Positions 18,801-32,300 of a stretch of 64,000 nucleotides of DNA are shown one piece after another; position 1 is the first letter of the stretch, and each line of letters begins with the position of its first letter. The notes below the pieces were generated by a model. That model saw only the letters and a list, made by a program, of their open reading frames with translations, did not search any database and had not been told where the DNA came from. The translations under genes were made by a program, and so were the position numbers. The DNA lies in contig OZ004610.1 in NCBI GenBank assembly GCA_963924565.1, forward strand, positions 12,090,001-12,154,000, read 5' to 3'. This stretch comes from Ascidiella aspersa. Taxonomy: Eukaryota.

Positions 18801-19730
18801 GTTCTGCATCGTTGCCCCGGCATCGCGCACCCGCCTATGACCTATTAACAGCCAGCCAACCAACCAACCAGCTATTGTATTTCTTAGCCCCTCTTCTCAT
18901 TTTCCACAGTCCGACCCCCGGTAAATGTCATTATCCAATCAAACGTTTTCATTGAATGATATGCTTGGTCCGCTTTAACCTCCAACATACATTGGCGTGT
19001 TTCGGGACGGCAGGCGCCCACGTAAGTTGACTATTGCTTTGCCACTTCACTCACACTGTGGCTTTCCTCAGCCCTCTCGTCATTGCGGTCAGATGCATTC
19101 AGTTGAACCACACCCTCTCTCCCGCGGCACTCCTTTCTAACATCATTTTTACAGAAATATATAGCTATTACCATTTTAATGGGCGTGCGAGCGTGCGTGC
19201 GTGCTTGCTTCCTGCCGGTCGCTGACTTTTCATGCATCGCTTACCCAACTCCCTACCCTCCTCTCGCGCTCAACCAAGAAGAAACTTTTTCGTGTTACGT
19301 CATTTTTTTCGTTCAGTACTTATCGTGTTTGTCTTTTAACTGTCGTCAATTACTATTGTCATAGAGAACCCCGCCGCTTTCGTGAAATAATTGCTTACCA
19401 CCACCTTTGCGTAAACGTTTAACAACCGGATTACGTGACCCGCGAGAAAAACGCCGTCCATCGACGTTTTGCTGATTTGGAGCCAAGATATTTCCTTGTA
19501 ACCCAGCTGGTCCTGTCCCCGCGTCATCCCCTATCTTCAGTAATATTGTACATATCGTTTTGTTACTGGTCTTGCTTTTTGTGAGCGAGCCTACTTCCCG
19601 GGCTCTTTTCAAGACGGCGTCGTGTGTGTTAAAAAACTCGACGTAGTAAAAAAGCGCGACCGTGGTGAGTTAGGTATTTGTATTTTGAATGTGAACCTGT
19701 CTATCACTTAATAAAATATCAACAACTACA
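15846..19730 (+). other. Probable long (~3.9 kb) GNB1 3' UTR
   Basis: No coding signature; CpG-rich and pyrimidine-rich; AATAAA at 19710-19715 followed by a T-rich tract; earlier AATAAA hexamers could give shorter forms. Confidence 0.5.
16055..16120 (+). repeat. (GAT)n/(GTT)n microsatellite in GNB1 3' UTR
   Basis: GATGATGATGATGATGATGATGTTGTTG...GATGACGATGATGATG. Confidence 0.85.
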
Positions 19731-21061
19731 AGCAGCCTGTTTTTTATTGAGTTCAGTATAAATATAGCGTTGCCATCGACCAATCGCTCACTAAACGTTA
19801 GGTGGTACTACAAGTTCACAAACTATTTGGATTTGAGGAGTATTTACCTTTTTATTTTAAGGTTTTCTATGGCATGTATCTGTCAAAATTGTAGTAGTGT
19901 TTCTAGACATTTTAAGTGGTTTGGATTACGATAATTTGCAAAATGTGACTTTTAGTTTTTGAACGGTTTACCATGACTTATTTCCGCGATTCTGTGTATG
20001 TTGTATAGTGACGTTGTACTAGGCATGCAATGTTATCCTACATTTCCGAAATACCAACGTGTATATGCATAACCTCAAAAAAAAATACCGAAATAACTGC
20101 AGTTTTTTGAGAGCCTGCATTTCAGTAATAAACAGTTCTGGAAGATTTAGAATAATGTTGGGCGGTGGTTCGGACCCGTCCCACTTTGCACAACAGCGCC
20201 ACCAAGCAGTGTAGACTTAAATTTTTACGTTCCACACGAAAAGGATTGATGCAGTTGATTAACTAGGGGCAAATATGTAAGACATTAACATTTTATAATA
20301 AAGTGCACGCCGCTTCCTTTTTATATACTCGAATGCCGTTTTAACAAGTGTTCAAAATATTTACGAATTAAGCTAAAGTAAGTTGTTAGTCAATACCAGG
20401 CTGCTTTCAGGTTTCAGCTAACTTGCATTTACAAGCAGTAAAATTCCATTTTGACGTCCTTCTATTATTAAAAAGAAACGTTCATAAAAACCTATGAGTT
20501 TATGGATTGTTCTTTAAAAACTGTTTATATTTGCATTCCAAGTAAGGTTGCCTTAGCGCTAAGTCCCGTGTATTAGTGCTATGTCGTATACACTCTTAGG
20601 GTAATGCAATTTATTTAGAATTAAAAAAACACATTTATATTAGTGAAATGTATAACTGAAAGAAGTATATTAAATGACTTATAAACTTTGTCAATAAAAT
20701 ACGTGTTTTTTACTTGTACTAAAATTTATAATGCTTTTGTAAGTTGTACTTTGTAAATTTATGACACAGCCAAAATGCAAGAAAACAATGGCACACGTGA
20801 TTTGCTCAGTGAAGCTTGAAGTGATCCGCGAATCTTAATCTTTGTTGGGCAACCTGCTTGGCGATACGGCGGAAGGATTGCTGCACGTTAAGACCGGCTA
20901 GCTTATGCGATATCCTGCCGACTAAAAACTTAACATTGCCGAACTAAGAGCAGACTCCCTTGTTACGATGCAACTATTGCTTCTACAATTATTGTCGTAA
21001 CACAAATACATTCGAGTAACTTGCATTTGTCTGTTTTAGTGGTAGGCCTATTAGTATTGCA

Positions 21062-21264
21062 GGCGCTGGTCTAGAATCCTACCACAACGAAACACCATTT
21101 GGGTTAGGGTGCGGGTTAGCGTTTGGGTTAAGGTGGGTCAAGTATTATTATTAAACAAAGAATATAATAATACTTGACCCACCCACACCCAAACGCTAAC
21201 CCGCACCCTAACTCAAATTTTGTGCGTTGATTTTAGAACTGTGGTAGGATTCTAGACCAGCGCC
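21062..21264. mobile_element. Palindromic MITE, GGCGCT termini, 8-bp TSD (Merlin/IS1016-like)
   Basis: TIR GGCGCTGGTCTAGAATCCTACCACA / TGTGGTAGGATTCTAGACCAGCGCC; perfect TSD GTATTGCA; inner inverted repeat TTTGGGTTAGGGTGCGGGTTAGCGTTTGGG / CCCAAACGCTAACCCGCACCCTAACTCAAA. Confidence 0.9.
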
Positions 21265-21308
21265 GTATTGCATGCCTGGTTTGTCCTTAATCGCTGTTTT
21301 ATAATTTG

Positions 21309-21485
21309 GGCGTTGGTCTAGAAATTTACCACAAACGAGTTTTCAAAGTTAAGATTGCATATAATATTAATACTTCACCCACTCAAACGCTAACTCTCAC
21401 CCTAACCCAAATATTGTTATCAATATAAACCACCGGACGTTATCAATATAAACCACCGAATGTGATAGGATTCTAGACCAGCGCC
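21309..21485. mobile_element. Second, degenerate copy of the same MITE
   Basis: GGCGTTGGTCTAGAA ... GGATTCTAGACCAGCGCC; TSD ATAATTTG / ATCATTTG (7/8); keeps one core arm plus a short internal tandem duplication. Confidence 0.85.
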
Positions 21486-21795
21486 ATCATTTGTTATATG
21501 TTATAGAGAGGTAAGAATATATAATAACCGATTTAGTAAACGTTGTTAAATCAGCTATTTAAGTTTCCAGTAGAGTTAAGATTAACCATGTGACAGACAG
21601 TGATAGATAACAGTTACAAAGTAAGCAAACAAATCATTATTTACAATTTTAGAAATTCTGTCATGAGTACTTAAAATAGTAGGCAGTGGATAAATCGCCA
21701 GGGACACATACAAATCTCCGGAGACACATACACCCTAAGTGACTATACATTATTATGTGGGTTATGTAGGTGGTTTTAATGTTGTGAGTTTGTCA

Positions 21796-22279
21796 CAGTG
21801 TTGTAAACAGGCCATTTTAACAATGACTTGAGTCCTAGTCAAGTCATTTGCAAAATAACTTCAGTCTTAACTCAAGTCATATGTAAAATAACTTAAGTCC
21901 AAGTCCAGTCTTTCTGAATAAATAACAAGTCCCAGTCAAGTCATAATTAAGGCCAAGTCAATTCCAAGTCAAATCCTTGTCTTAAAAAATACATGTTAAG
22001 CTATTAAAATTGGGTAAATGTGTCCAATTATGAGCATTGCTTTAACTAAAAAATGCCAAAAAGCGATAGAGGGAAAGCAAATTGTTTTTATGTGCAAAAA
22101 ATAGGAAAAAAACAACAAATTTTATGAAAAAATGCTGAATAAAAACACTTAATTTCAACCCGAGTCATTTTTCTAAAAGACTTGAGTAAAGTAAAGTAAT
22201 TTTGCCCAAAAGAGTTGAGTCAATTCAAGTAATTTGAAAATAGCGACTTAAGTCAAGTCATAAAGTCATTACAACACTG
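21796..22279. mobile_element. hAT-type MITE with AAGTC/GACTT subterminal repeats
   Basis: TIRs CAGTGTTGTAA / TTACAACACTG; perfect TSD GTTTGTCA; numerous CAAGTC/GAGTCA motifs near both ends. Confidence 0.9.
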
Positions 22280-23380
22280 GTTTGTCATTACTTTTATTAA
22301 TGCTATATTTCTTAATCATTGTAAATTACACTGTTAGCCAGGTAAATAGTTTTAGGAATTGCCTACAGCCCAAGCAATTTACCTGGATTGGCAGGTTACA
22401 TACGCATTTGAATTCCTGTGTTGACTGGGTAAATCCTCCAGAAGTGCCTATTGGTTATTTGTGTGTGGCAGATCTCACAGCTGAAAAATGGGGTGACATG
22501 GTGCATCAAAGGTCCTATGTGCATCCCACTAGTGTAAAGTATGCAAGAATTGGGGTGCATATTTTATTTTATTGGGGTGCATGTTAGGTCTGTTAAAACA
22601 AGGAGCACTTGCCATAGTACCTTTCCACAGTGGCATGTGCTCCCTTTAGTGATATACACAGACTAAAATTACTGGATAGCCTCTTCCAAAATAATATGTT
22701 GCTCAAAACTTAAAGATAGTTACTACATTTTGATTTGTGACTTGAGGGTAAATTATGCAAATCATTATACCAGCTAAACTAACAATGTATTTAGGGCCAC
22801 AATTGTCTAACCATATATCTGGTTTCCTGACATATTTTTTATAATTTAAACTAGGTTGATGTTGCAGGAATATCAAATCCACAAGGCCTTGCCTTCTCAC
22901 CATGTTGGAAATAAATAAATATATATTAGAAACAGTCAAAATGTTACCTAGTTCTATATGGGTTTGATATTTCTACTATGTTTAACTAAAACCCCAAACC
23001 ATTATACTTCATTGGTTAATATGTAAATAATTTGAAACTAGGTGGACCAGTAAGCCTTTCTTAAAGAATGTACAAAAATCTCACTTCTGTATTTAATAGC
23101 ACTCTGATTTGTCCATAGATAAGACCTCTGACATCCTTGACTTATATTGTTAAAATGCTGAACACTTGGAACTAGGAAGAGGCTGTTCATAATTTAAAAA
23201 AACATGGATTGGAAAATTTAATTTTTAATTTGAGCTACAATAATAGTACTCAATCAGGAATTTTGCCAGTAACTATGACTAAATTAGTTTAAGTTTCCGT
23301 GCAAAATTATATAATATTTTGGCTTTAACAGAATTTTTTTATTTATTCAATATGTGTTTTTTAGCCCTACTACTTTGGGT

Positions 23381-26300
23381 ATGGCGGTTCAGGAAAATGT
23401 AGACTGTAAAAACTTGTCATCGCCCACTGTGGTGGGCAACATTGCAATATCAACATCAATTAATGCAACCAACCAGCCCATAGTTACACTTATTCCTACC
23501 AATCATGGAAGGGGTAGTGCCGGGTCCAGTATCAAGCCTGTTTTTCCACAACAGACAAGAATTATCCAAACCCTTCCAGTGGGTAGTGTAGGAACTGCAG
23601 CTCAAACTCCTATATTCCGAATTATAAAAAATCCAGCTGATTCGGTGAGTAAATGGTATAGAAAATATAGTCTTGTTAACTTGGGGGCTTTACTGTAATA
23701 TGCCTTTAATTTTAGCCTGCATTAGCTGGTGGAAGTGTTATCAAAGCATCATTTACAAGTCCAATAAAAGGTATTTTGTGATATTTTTTTACTGTGTTTA
23801 TATATTGAGTGCTCTTGATTTTGCTACTTTTTGGATTGCTTTTACTGTTTAATATCCAGTGAAATATAAATGTATGATAAAGTTTATTGATATTTTTTTA
23901 ATATAAAGATAAATCTAAATTAGGATCATTGATGTTTTCTCAACAGTTATGAACCTACCATCAGGATCTAAGCTTGTAAATCGCACCACTCCCAAACTAA
24001 AAGTTGGCGATACCATTACAATTCAAAAATCTATTGCGTCAGTTGATAGCTCCAACAACAGAGGGACAATACAAACTATGGTTAGGAGTATATGAAAGTT
24101 AGAATGTTATGTTTCAGGAAATCTTTTTTAAAGCATTTTTTATTGAGTTGCAAAGCTAAAAGTAATCCTAGAAGCAGTATTTGAAATTTGTCCTATCTGT
24201 TAAACTAAAAACTACTTGTTCTGTTTCACCAGAACAATATCGGTTTTGTTAAATTGCTTGGGTTTTTTAGTGAAAATTTTTTTTATCAGCTTGCTTCCAC
24301 TCCTGCAAAACTTGTGACTGTTGTGGCATCCACTGCAGTCCAGAGCAGCTTTATGAGCCCAACACTTGCCACCGTTGTCCCGCATGTTTCGGTTGCCCAA
24401 TCCATACCAATGGTTCATCACATGTCCCCAGCTAAACTCACAACTATTTCCCCATCGTGGGCACAAAGGTATGGTGTGTATAAAATAGGAATTTAATACT
24501 TGCAAATATAGTCTTAGTAGTTTATGTGGAGTTAAATGGTGTTAATCTATAGGAAATGTCATAGTATCGTGTTAATTCATTTATTAAATTGACAGAAAAT
24601 ATTTTCTAAAAAACTTGTTGAGGGGCTTATTATGTCCTTTGTAACTGGAGCTATCTAGGGTTCTAGGGTTTGTTTTCAAATTTGTAGATATGTTTTACTA
24701 ATGAGTTTTTTAACAACTAATTTTATTTTTGTAGTCCACACCACAAACGTTCTGCAGTATTTTGTGAAAGTACTCCACCAAGTGAAAGGTGAGATTTTTA
24801 AATGATATTCCTACAACAACAATATTGTTTAAATATGCTAGGTGTTGCGAAAACAAGTCATATGGATCTATACAGCTTTAACTAAGGAAAGGCAATTAAT
24901 TTTTTACTCCCCTATATTTTTTGTCCATAAAGGTGTAATTTAGGGTTTTCAAAGTGAGTCGGTTTGACAATAGTGTGTGACCAGAAATTTTAGGGTTGAT
25001 ATTGAATTAAAATTTGCACATGCCAGGTTGTCTAAATGTTTACATGCCGTCTGCAAATTTTTTTCATAATTGGTATTTACATTACAAGAAGTAAAACTGT
25101 TTAAAGCGTTATTGCCACTGTTCAACTTTATAAGCCACCAGGCGAGTCTTACATCTTATGATTTTACTAATACTAGCATCCAGGAAAAAAACATTAAAAC
25201 CAATGTTCATGTCTACGGTTTATACCCACATGTTTTTCTGGTGGTTTTTAAGAATGTTTTGCAAAAGTACTTCATTAAATAGTATTGTTAGACATATATA
25301 TAACGTTCCGGTATCGTTTCGTTTTGGAGAAAATTATATTTTGTTCGTGATTAAAACACACTGTTTGTTTCACGAAAGATCAAAGATTGAAATCAGAAGT
25401 GTTAAATAATCAAATTTTATAACCTGTTGATGCTCTGCTGTCATTTGTCTAACCAACCAACCTAATGTGAAATTGGGACAACTGATAGTGCATAACAAAC
25501 AGACCTTAATTATAGTAAGAATTGGTTCTTAACCAGAAATCTTCCAATGCTTTCTCAGTGCCTGTGGAAACTTTTCTGTTTATTATTGGTGAATGGGATA
25601 ACTATTTATATTCATGTATATATCTTTTATATAAATGCCATTACCCATTTCCGTTTACCCACTGTTATTACACACTTAAACAATATCTTTTGCTTTTATG
25701 TTTGTGATTTTGAAATACCATAGTGCAGTTTTATTCTGTGAACAACTTTGTTGTTTGTTTTTTTCTGCCATAAAATCACAGTGAAAATCAAATTAAAAAC
25801 TAAGCAATTTCTTAGAAAAGCCAAAATATAGAAATCTTTCACAAGTTAAGAGTAGTTTAAGTTGTTCTGTTATGTTTAGTGATGACCAGGAACCTCTTGT
25901 GTAGTGTGCGCTTGATATATGTTCCTTTTTGGTTTCCATCCCATTAAAATGTAATCATAATCAGGTACAACAATTCGGCTGTGCTCTGCAAAATTTAAGC
26001 AACCTCAAGACAAGTTTTGCTATAAGCCTGATGTTGATTGTGTCACTTCAGCAATGAACTTTATGCATGTTTGTTAATTTATTGAATAAATTTGTTACCA
26101 GTATATCAACATTTAACAAAACCAGTGGTCTCCGAAGTGGCTCTTAAACAGGTGCCATAAGACAGAAACGTTTGAATTTTTGATAGGTTATAAAATGTGT
26201 TTATGTTAACCAAGAAATGGTATTCTTTTTTATTGTGGTATATTTTATTAAACAATGTAAAAAGCCAAAAACAATCTGAGTAATAAGTTGTGATGATTTG

Positions 26301-29300
26301 CAACTCTTTTAAAATTGAGTACAGAGTTTGGCCACTTGATGCATTGCTTTATGAACAAGCAAGGGATTACATTAGAGAAGACTTACTTATGTTTAGTTAA
26401 TCATTTTCTTTATGGCTTTGTGTTATGTTTGAAGTATTTTCTTAATATTTTTTTTACCTTTTGTTAATACAAGTATTTTTTTTCAATACAGTAAGCGCAG
26501 ACGCCCCATCACCTCAAACGAAAAGGGAAGCAAAGGCCTTAGACACTTTGCCATGCTGGTTTGTGAAAAAGTTAAGAAGAAAGTCACTACAACCTACAAT
26601 GAAGTTGCTGATGAGCTTGTTGCGGAATATGCTGATGCACAAAAACTTGTCTCTGACCAGGTAAATTAGAAACCAAACCATGAACTACTGAACATATTTT
26701 TAATTAAGTTCGTCTAATTGTTGTTTAGGTTGCTTGTATATGTTCTTAAAACGTTATAGTCTATTTATAATTATAAAAAGTACCCTTTGTTCATAATTAT
26801 ATTAAAAAAATCATTCCTTAGAATGTTTTGTTCCTGTTTCCAACGAACTGTAACTGTTTTACTATAAATTTACTAAATGATTACTGACCTAAAAATCGTT
26901 TAAGCGGCTAAAAGAGTGAACTTTGCAAAGACTAGAAATATTCCATGAGAGGTGAGTAAAAACAGTCGCTTCAGTATGTGTGAGTGTGGTCATTTAAAAG
27001 CAAAATATGTGCACAATGTCTTGTGGCTGGAACGTCGCATATAACCAAGCGACCTACTGCTTTAAAGTTGTTTTGATGCTTTGTTACCCTCATATCGGTA
27101 AACCCTTTGCCGGCCGGCAAGCGTGCCTGCACAGAGCAAACAGTTTTATGGATAGAAGGTATGCCGCTTCGGGCTGTCTGTATCCCAAGTTGAAGCGAAA
27201 TCGCTTCGCCCAAGTCTCCCGAGTATAAACATGAGCTGGCTTGCTCCTTTGCTCGCTCAGCACCTGTTCTTCGTGTCGACTGTCGAGACCGCGCATAGCT
27301 TCGCCGCCTATACGTCGGGCCATTCGAGGCCTTATTATCAGGCAATTCTCGTGAAGCGTTAAACATTCACTTCAAACGCCGGAAACCTTGGCAAGTTTTT
27401 ATCGAACGTAAATTCACATGCAAATTCCCCCAAATAGGGTTATCAATTGTGTAGTACTCAAAGATCCTCTGACGGCCAAAATGTCGAATTCGCGGAAAGT
27501 CGAGTGCTGGAATTCGTACAGGCAAGTTGCAAAGACGCCGGCTCTCCACAACCCTGTAAATAGTACGGCAGTACGCTCGTTGCGGCCCGCCCGGCCAATT
27601 GCCAACACAGCTATTCAGAGAGTGGCAGTCAAGTATGCGCCGGCGTTCCTTTTCACTCGTCCCGGCATTGTTTCAGCCCGCTTTGTTCAAAGCACGCCTT
27701 TCGTCGGACGTGCGAGTTTTTTTCGCTCCTTTAAGCTTCGTCGGGATCCAAAAAAGAAAGAGCAGTTCAGCGGTCGGCTCTTCCCAACAGAACGTTGCCG
27801 CGCCCGTCGGCAACCCGTCGTTACATATATTGTCGAGCGAAAGCGAGCCGCTATTATTTGTCGTTCTCGCCCGCCTTTCCCAAACACGCGCGATTCGCAA
27901 ACAGGCTTCCACACGCTTTTATCCTTGTTGATTTCTGTGAATGAAAAGAAGCAGGACCCGCTGAGCGCAACGAGTCGCAGTCGGCAGCTAGCAGTCCTTT
28001 CACCACGTGGCCTTGCGATGGATGAAACCGGGGTCAACCATCTGCCGGCGTGCGCCCATGCGTGAAGCTCAATGACGAACCGCGTTTGTGTTTGCTTTAT
28101 AGTTTCGAGTGGTGTTCTGCGCGACTTTTCGCTGTCGTCATCGAGTTTTGTGGTCGAAGCAGCTTGTCGCACGCCAGGAAGCCTTAGGGCCAGTTTTACA
28201 TGGATAATCTACAATCGTAAAACAGGAGACAAGAAAAAGACATAATAAAAATATTAAAAACTTAAAAAAAATGTGTAAACATGTTTAGTTTACGCCAGGC
28301 TTGCGTAGGCATCTTTCAATGGCGAACCTGGATTATGTAGTGCGAAAGAAATCTTGTTTTTAAACGACAGACATGTAAACATGGCAAAGCACAACACACC
28401 TGAATAAAAAAAAACTTTTCAAGTTTGACTATATTCCACCTAACGATTCTATCTCTCATTTTTTTCAGCAGCAAGTCAAGGCTTTAAATAAATAAGAGGC
28501 ATTTGCTTAGACGTGTCTTCAAGATTTTCTGGCCTTTTTACCGTTACAATGTCAAAGCTGTGTCCAAACCGGTCATACGTCCGATTTTCTTCTTTTCCGT
28601 TCAGGCCATGAGATTAGTCCGTGACTCCTCAAAATAAACCTGAAAAGTACATGTTCGTGAATATATTTTAATGTTTACATTTGTGCCCTAAGAACAGTTC
28701 ACAAAACTCTGATTTTCTCCTTTTTTGTTATTAAACGTCTTTACATTAAAAAACAATCTGTTATAGTGAGTGATTAAAACTTTTCCCTTTCCTTCCTGCC
28801 CTACTATTTTGTTCGTGTTTAATTACGTACTTTTTGCTGCTCGGTAAAGCTCCTGCAGGGCTTCCTCGCTTACGCACGTTGCGCATGCTTTTGAAATGCT
28901 ACCTTTTCTTAGGAGATTCTGCGTTATTTCAACAACGAGTCAAAGTTCCTCGGTTTACCAACACCCAGAAGAAACATGTTGCCAAAATGTCGCCCCTGTG
29001 AAGTTAGAATAGCTTGTACATATCACAGGTGTGCACTACAGTGGACAACATCATTTATAAGCAACGCTTTTAGCTTGGGTGTTTGGGAAAAATTCAACTT
29101 GGTGCAGCAAATGGTGGCGAACGTCGGGAGCGTACGCAAGAGGGACAACGCCCACGAAACATGTGTCGGAAACGTTGCGACCTCGAATTTGCACGACTTA
29201 AAAGCTTCCATTTCCCGCACACCCTGGATTCGGGTCAGCGCGATTTAGCGTGTCACTCGTAAGTTCTTTTTTCTGGACCACTTTTATTCTACTCACCCGA

Positions 29301-32300
29301 TTTGCGACAGTTGCTTTTTTAATCAGTTTGAACAAACAAAAAATAACGAATGGGCGAGCCCTTGGATAAGACATCCTTTAACTAATCAAAGGAGAGTAAT
29401 TTGACTTAAACATAGGGCGGTACAAAATGATGGCCACACTTTTATAAATTGGCCATAAATGATGGCCAATTTATCGGCCAGTCGAAAAACAAATGCTCGT
29501 TAGGCCGTGGACGAGGCAGCGACAGCGTCCTGTTGACACGAGGACTTCCCGGCTTTGTGCGCGCCAACACAGTTTGTTGGCTGCTGCGGTAAGAGCCTAT
29601 TTGTAATCATTCACGTGAATTGGATTCGGCGCGGTCGGCTTTGGGTCGTTGTACTACGCGCGCAGGCGTGTCGCTAACTAAGTTGCGATACTTTAGCGGC
29701 GGATGAGAAAGCTTTGAAAGCACTTCGGTCCGTGCCGCTCTTATCACCGAATAATGACCTGTTTGCCGAAACAACGTCGAGCCATGGATCGAACGCATTT
29801 TTTTTAGTTTACTTTGTCGCAATAAAATTGTGTAGACCGCAGTTATGTAGCGGAAACGCAAACCAACAAGCTTGAAACAAGTTGAAACCTGTAATCCGCT
29901 TTAAATAGCAGCACCCACCACCAAATCAATCCTTCGCGCCAAACAGCGCCTTTCCAGCAATCTAGCGTCTCTCGCCAGCGCGCCCAGTGCTTTACCCATG
30001 ACGTCACAAAGCCATGTGTATTGTCTCCACGCTTGAGCGGCCGCGCCTGCGTACCGCCCACCACCGGGTTACGCCGAGTTGTGTGGATCATCAAACCGCG
30101 ATTCCGGTCGATCGGGCCTAAATCGGCTATGACGCCATAGCGGAATTCTGAGTGCAGAGGAATGCGCTGGACTCTAACCACGCATATGTGTATGTTGCCC
30201 GCCTGGATACAGTTTTCTTTTGAATCACTGCCCAATCGCAACGTGTGCGCTCACATTTGCAGGGTACCTCGAGGGATTGAAATACTCATGCTGAGAGATT
30301 GACATTTCACTTTTGCCTCGCGGTTTCTCTTTATACAGCATGGGAAGGCGATAAATTGTCACTGATACCTATTGTTAATACACCTATGCTAAGTAACTAC
30401 ATTCATCTCTGCCCCCAACGTTTCAATAAATACCGCACATCTGGTGCACTTAAATGTATTGGTACATGACATAGGAGTTTTCGGCATTTAAACAAAGTCT
30501 GCTGAAAGAAACGCGAAACCTAACTTATTTGTGTTGTGTTCTAGTTAGTTTCGTTTATAATTCGAGCTGTCTCCGACACGTTCATTTACCTATTGCTGGT
30601 TAATTTTTAACTTTGCCACATAAGCCACCCGCAGGTTGCCACTCGCAAGAGGTTCGGGTAAATATTTACGGAAAGTTGATCGTTTATTAGCGATTCAAAC
30701 TATAAAAGTTTTGGCCTGCCTTGTACACGATTATTCCCATCATTTTGAGGAGTTGTATTGTGTTTGTTCACTGGAATGTGTCGCGCGAGAGAGCGTGATC
30801 GGTAAATTGTTGGTCCCCGGCGTATGCTAGATTAGCGCCCACGCGTACGCAAAAAAACAATTTCCGATAAGTTGGTTTCTTTTAACACACCTATTCTGGC
30901 CCTTTCGTAAACCTATCCCTAAGCGAGTCTTAATGGTTAAGGCATTTGGTGGCGTTTTTCTAAGTAATCCTATAGGGGTCTTACAACAACACTTTATTTA
31001 GTGTTCTGAACACGCAGCATATAACTGCTGCTATCCACTTAATGGAATGGAACTGAGAACGAAAACGAGTTATGCATTTTATACAATATTGAACGTTTTT
31101 CTGAATTGTATCGAAAACCTTTATTGCTTCCAAGGCCAAAGTGGACTATACTTGCTTCAGTAGAAAATTGTCGCCCATGATTTTATACGTTTAAGATATC
31201 TTAAACGTTCATGCCTTATATTTCAAAGTTTTTACTTCAAAAAAAAATATATTTTTTATTCCTAAACAGTACGACCAGAAGAACATCCGCCGGAGAGTTT
31301 ATGACGCGCTCAATGTCCTCATGGCAATGGACATCATCTACAAGGACAAAAAGGACATCCATTGGGTTGGACTACCAACCAATTCTGCTCAAGAGGTTGT
31401 ATCACTACAGGTGAGTTGATGGGAAGCCATTTAGCTGAATGCGTTGTCTCTATAAAACACCACTATCGTTAATTCCTTAATAACAGTCAAATGATGATCG
31501 AACTTTTGGACTGACTAGTTAGATCGGGCCACCCGCGATTTGTTTTCTAGACCTCGACATAGAAAATCAAAGTTTCGCAACACTTTCTTTAATACGACTT
31601 GCGAACTGTCGCGGGGTTTGGTCTGCTTACCAATGTCGTGCGCACAATATTCCATGCTACACTTTCAACAATAGACTATTTTGTTCCAGTAGAAGCCAGA
31701 GCACAATCTCAATCGTGTACCTAACGCATTTGAATAACCCACGCAAAACTCGCTTATTCACACTTCCAAGTTTAATTAAAAAGCGTTCTGTTTAACTGCA
31801 AAAAGTGTACTGTGTCCACAGTCACTCCATAATGCGACTTCAATATTAAAGTATCTATCACCGAATTGTTCAACTTTATCACTGGTAATTTCAGTTTAGA
31901 GGTTGGTTGAAATGTTGCCTGAGTGTGACAGTTTTGATAGTAAAACGCTAGAAAAGCACTGATTTAAATTCAGAATTTAGATTTATTTTATGTAACATAA
32001 AAAATTAATAAAGCGAACATTGAAGCTTCCCTTTTTCAACCGCTAGGCGTGTCAGTTTACACTTTTCATCACGGCTTCACAAACTAAGCTAAGGGTAGTG
32101 CAACGAGTTTTTAAGTGTCGTCAGTAAGGCTACATTAATTGTACACAAAGAGGTTTATCTATGATACTAGTAATTTTTTTGTTTAGGCAATGACAAAACT
32201 AATTTAAAATTACTTATGCGTATTAATGCGACAACAAACAAATGTGTTGTTTAACGCTGTTGACCAGAAGTTCGCGAAAAGTTTGAATTACATCAAAGAT

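Noticed and set aside
21098-21215. TTAGGG-like sequence as an interstitial telomere
   Set aside because: Only one or two degenerate units per arm, inside a palindromic MITE with a TSD.
26488-26498. CAGTAAGC at the TFDP exon 6 acceptor as a recursive splice site
   Set aside because: The GT overlaps the acceptor G rather than following AG, so it is not a ratchet-point configuration.
26971-28172. Overlapping long ORFs on both strands (215, 161, 131, 110 aa) in TFDP intron 6
   Set aside because: Arg/Ser/Ala-rich translations with no recognisable domain; open in several frames, as expected for stop-poor GC/CpG-rich non-coding DNA.
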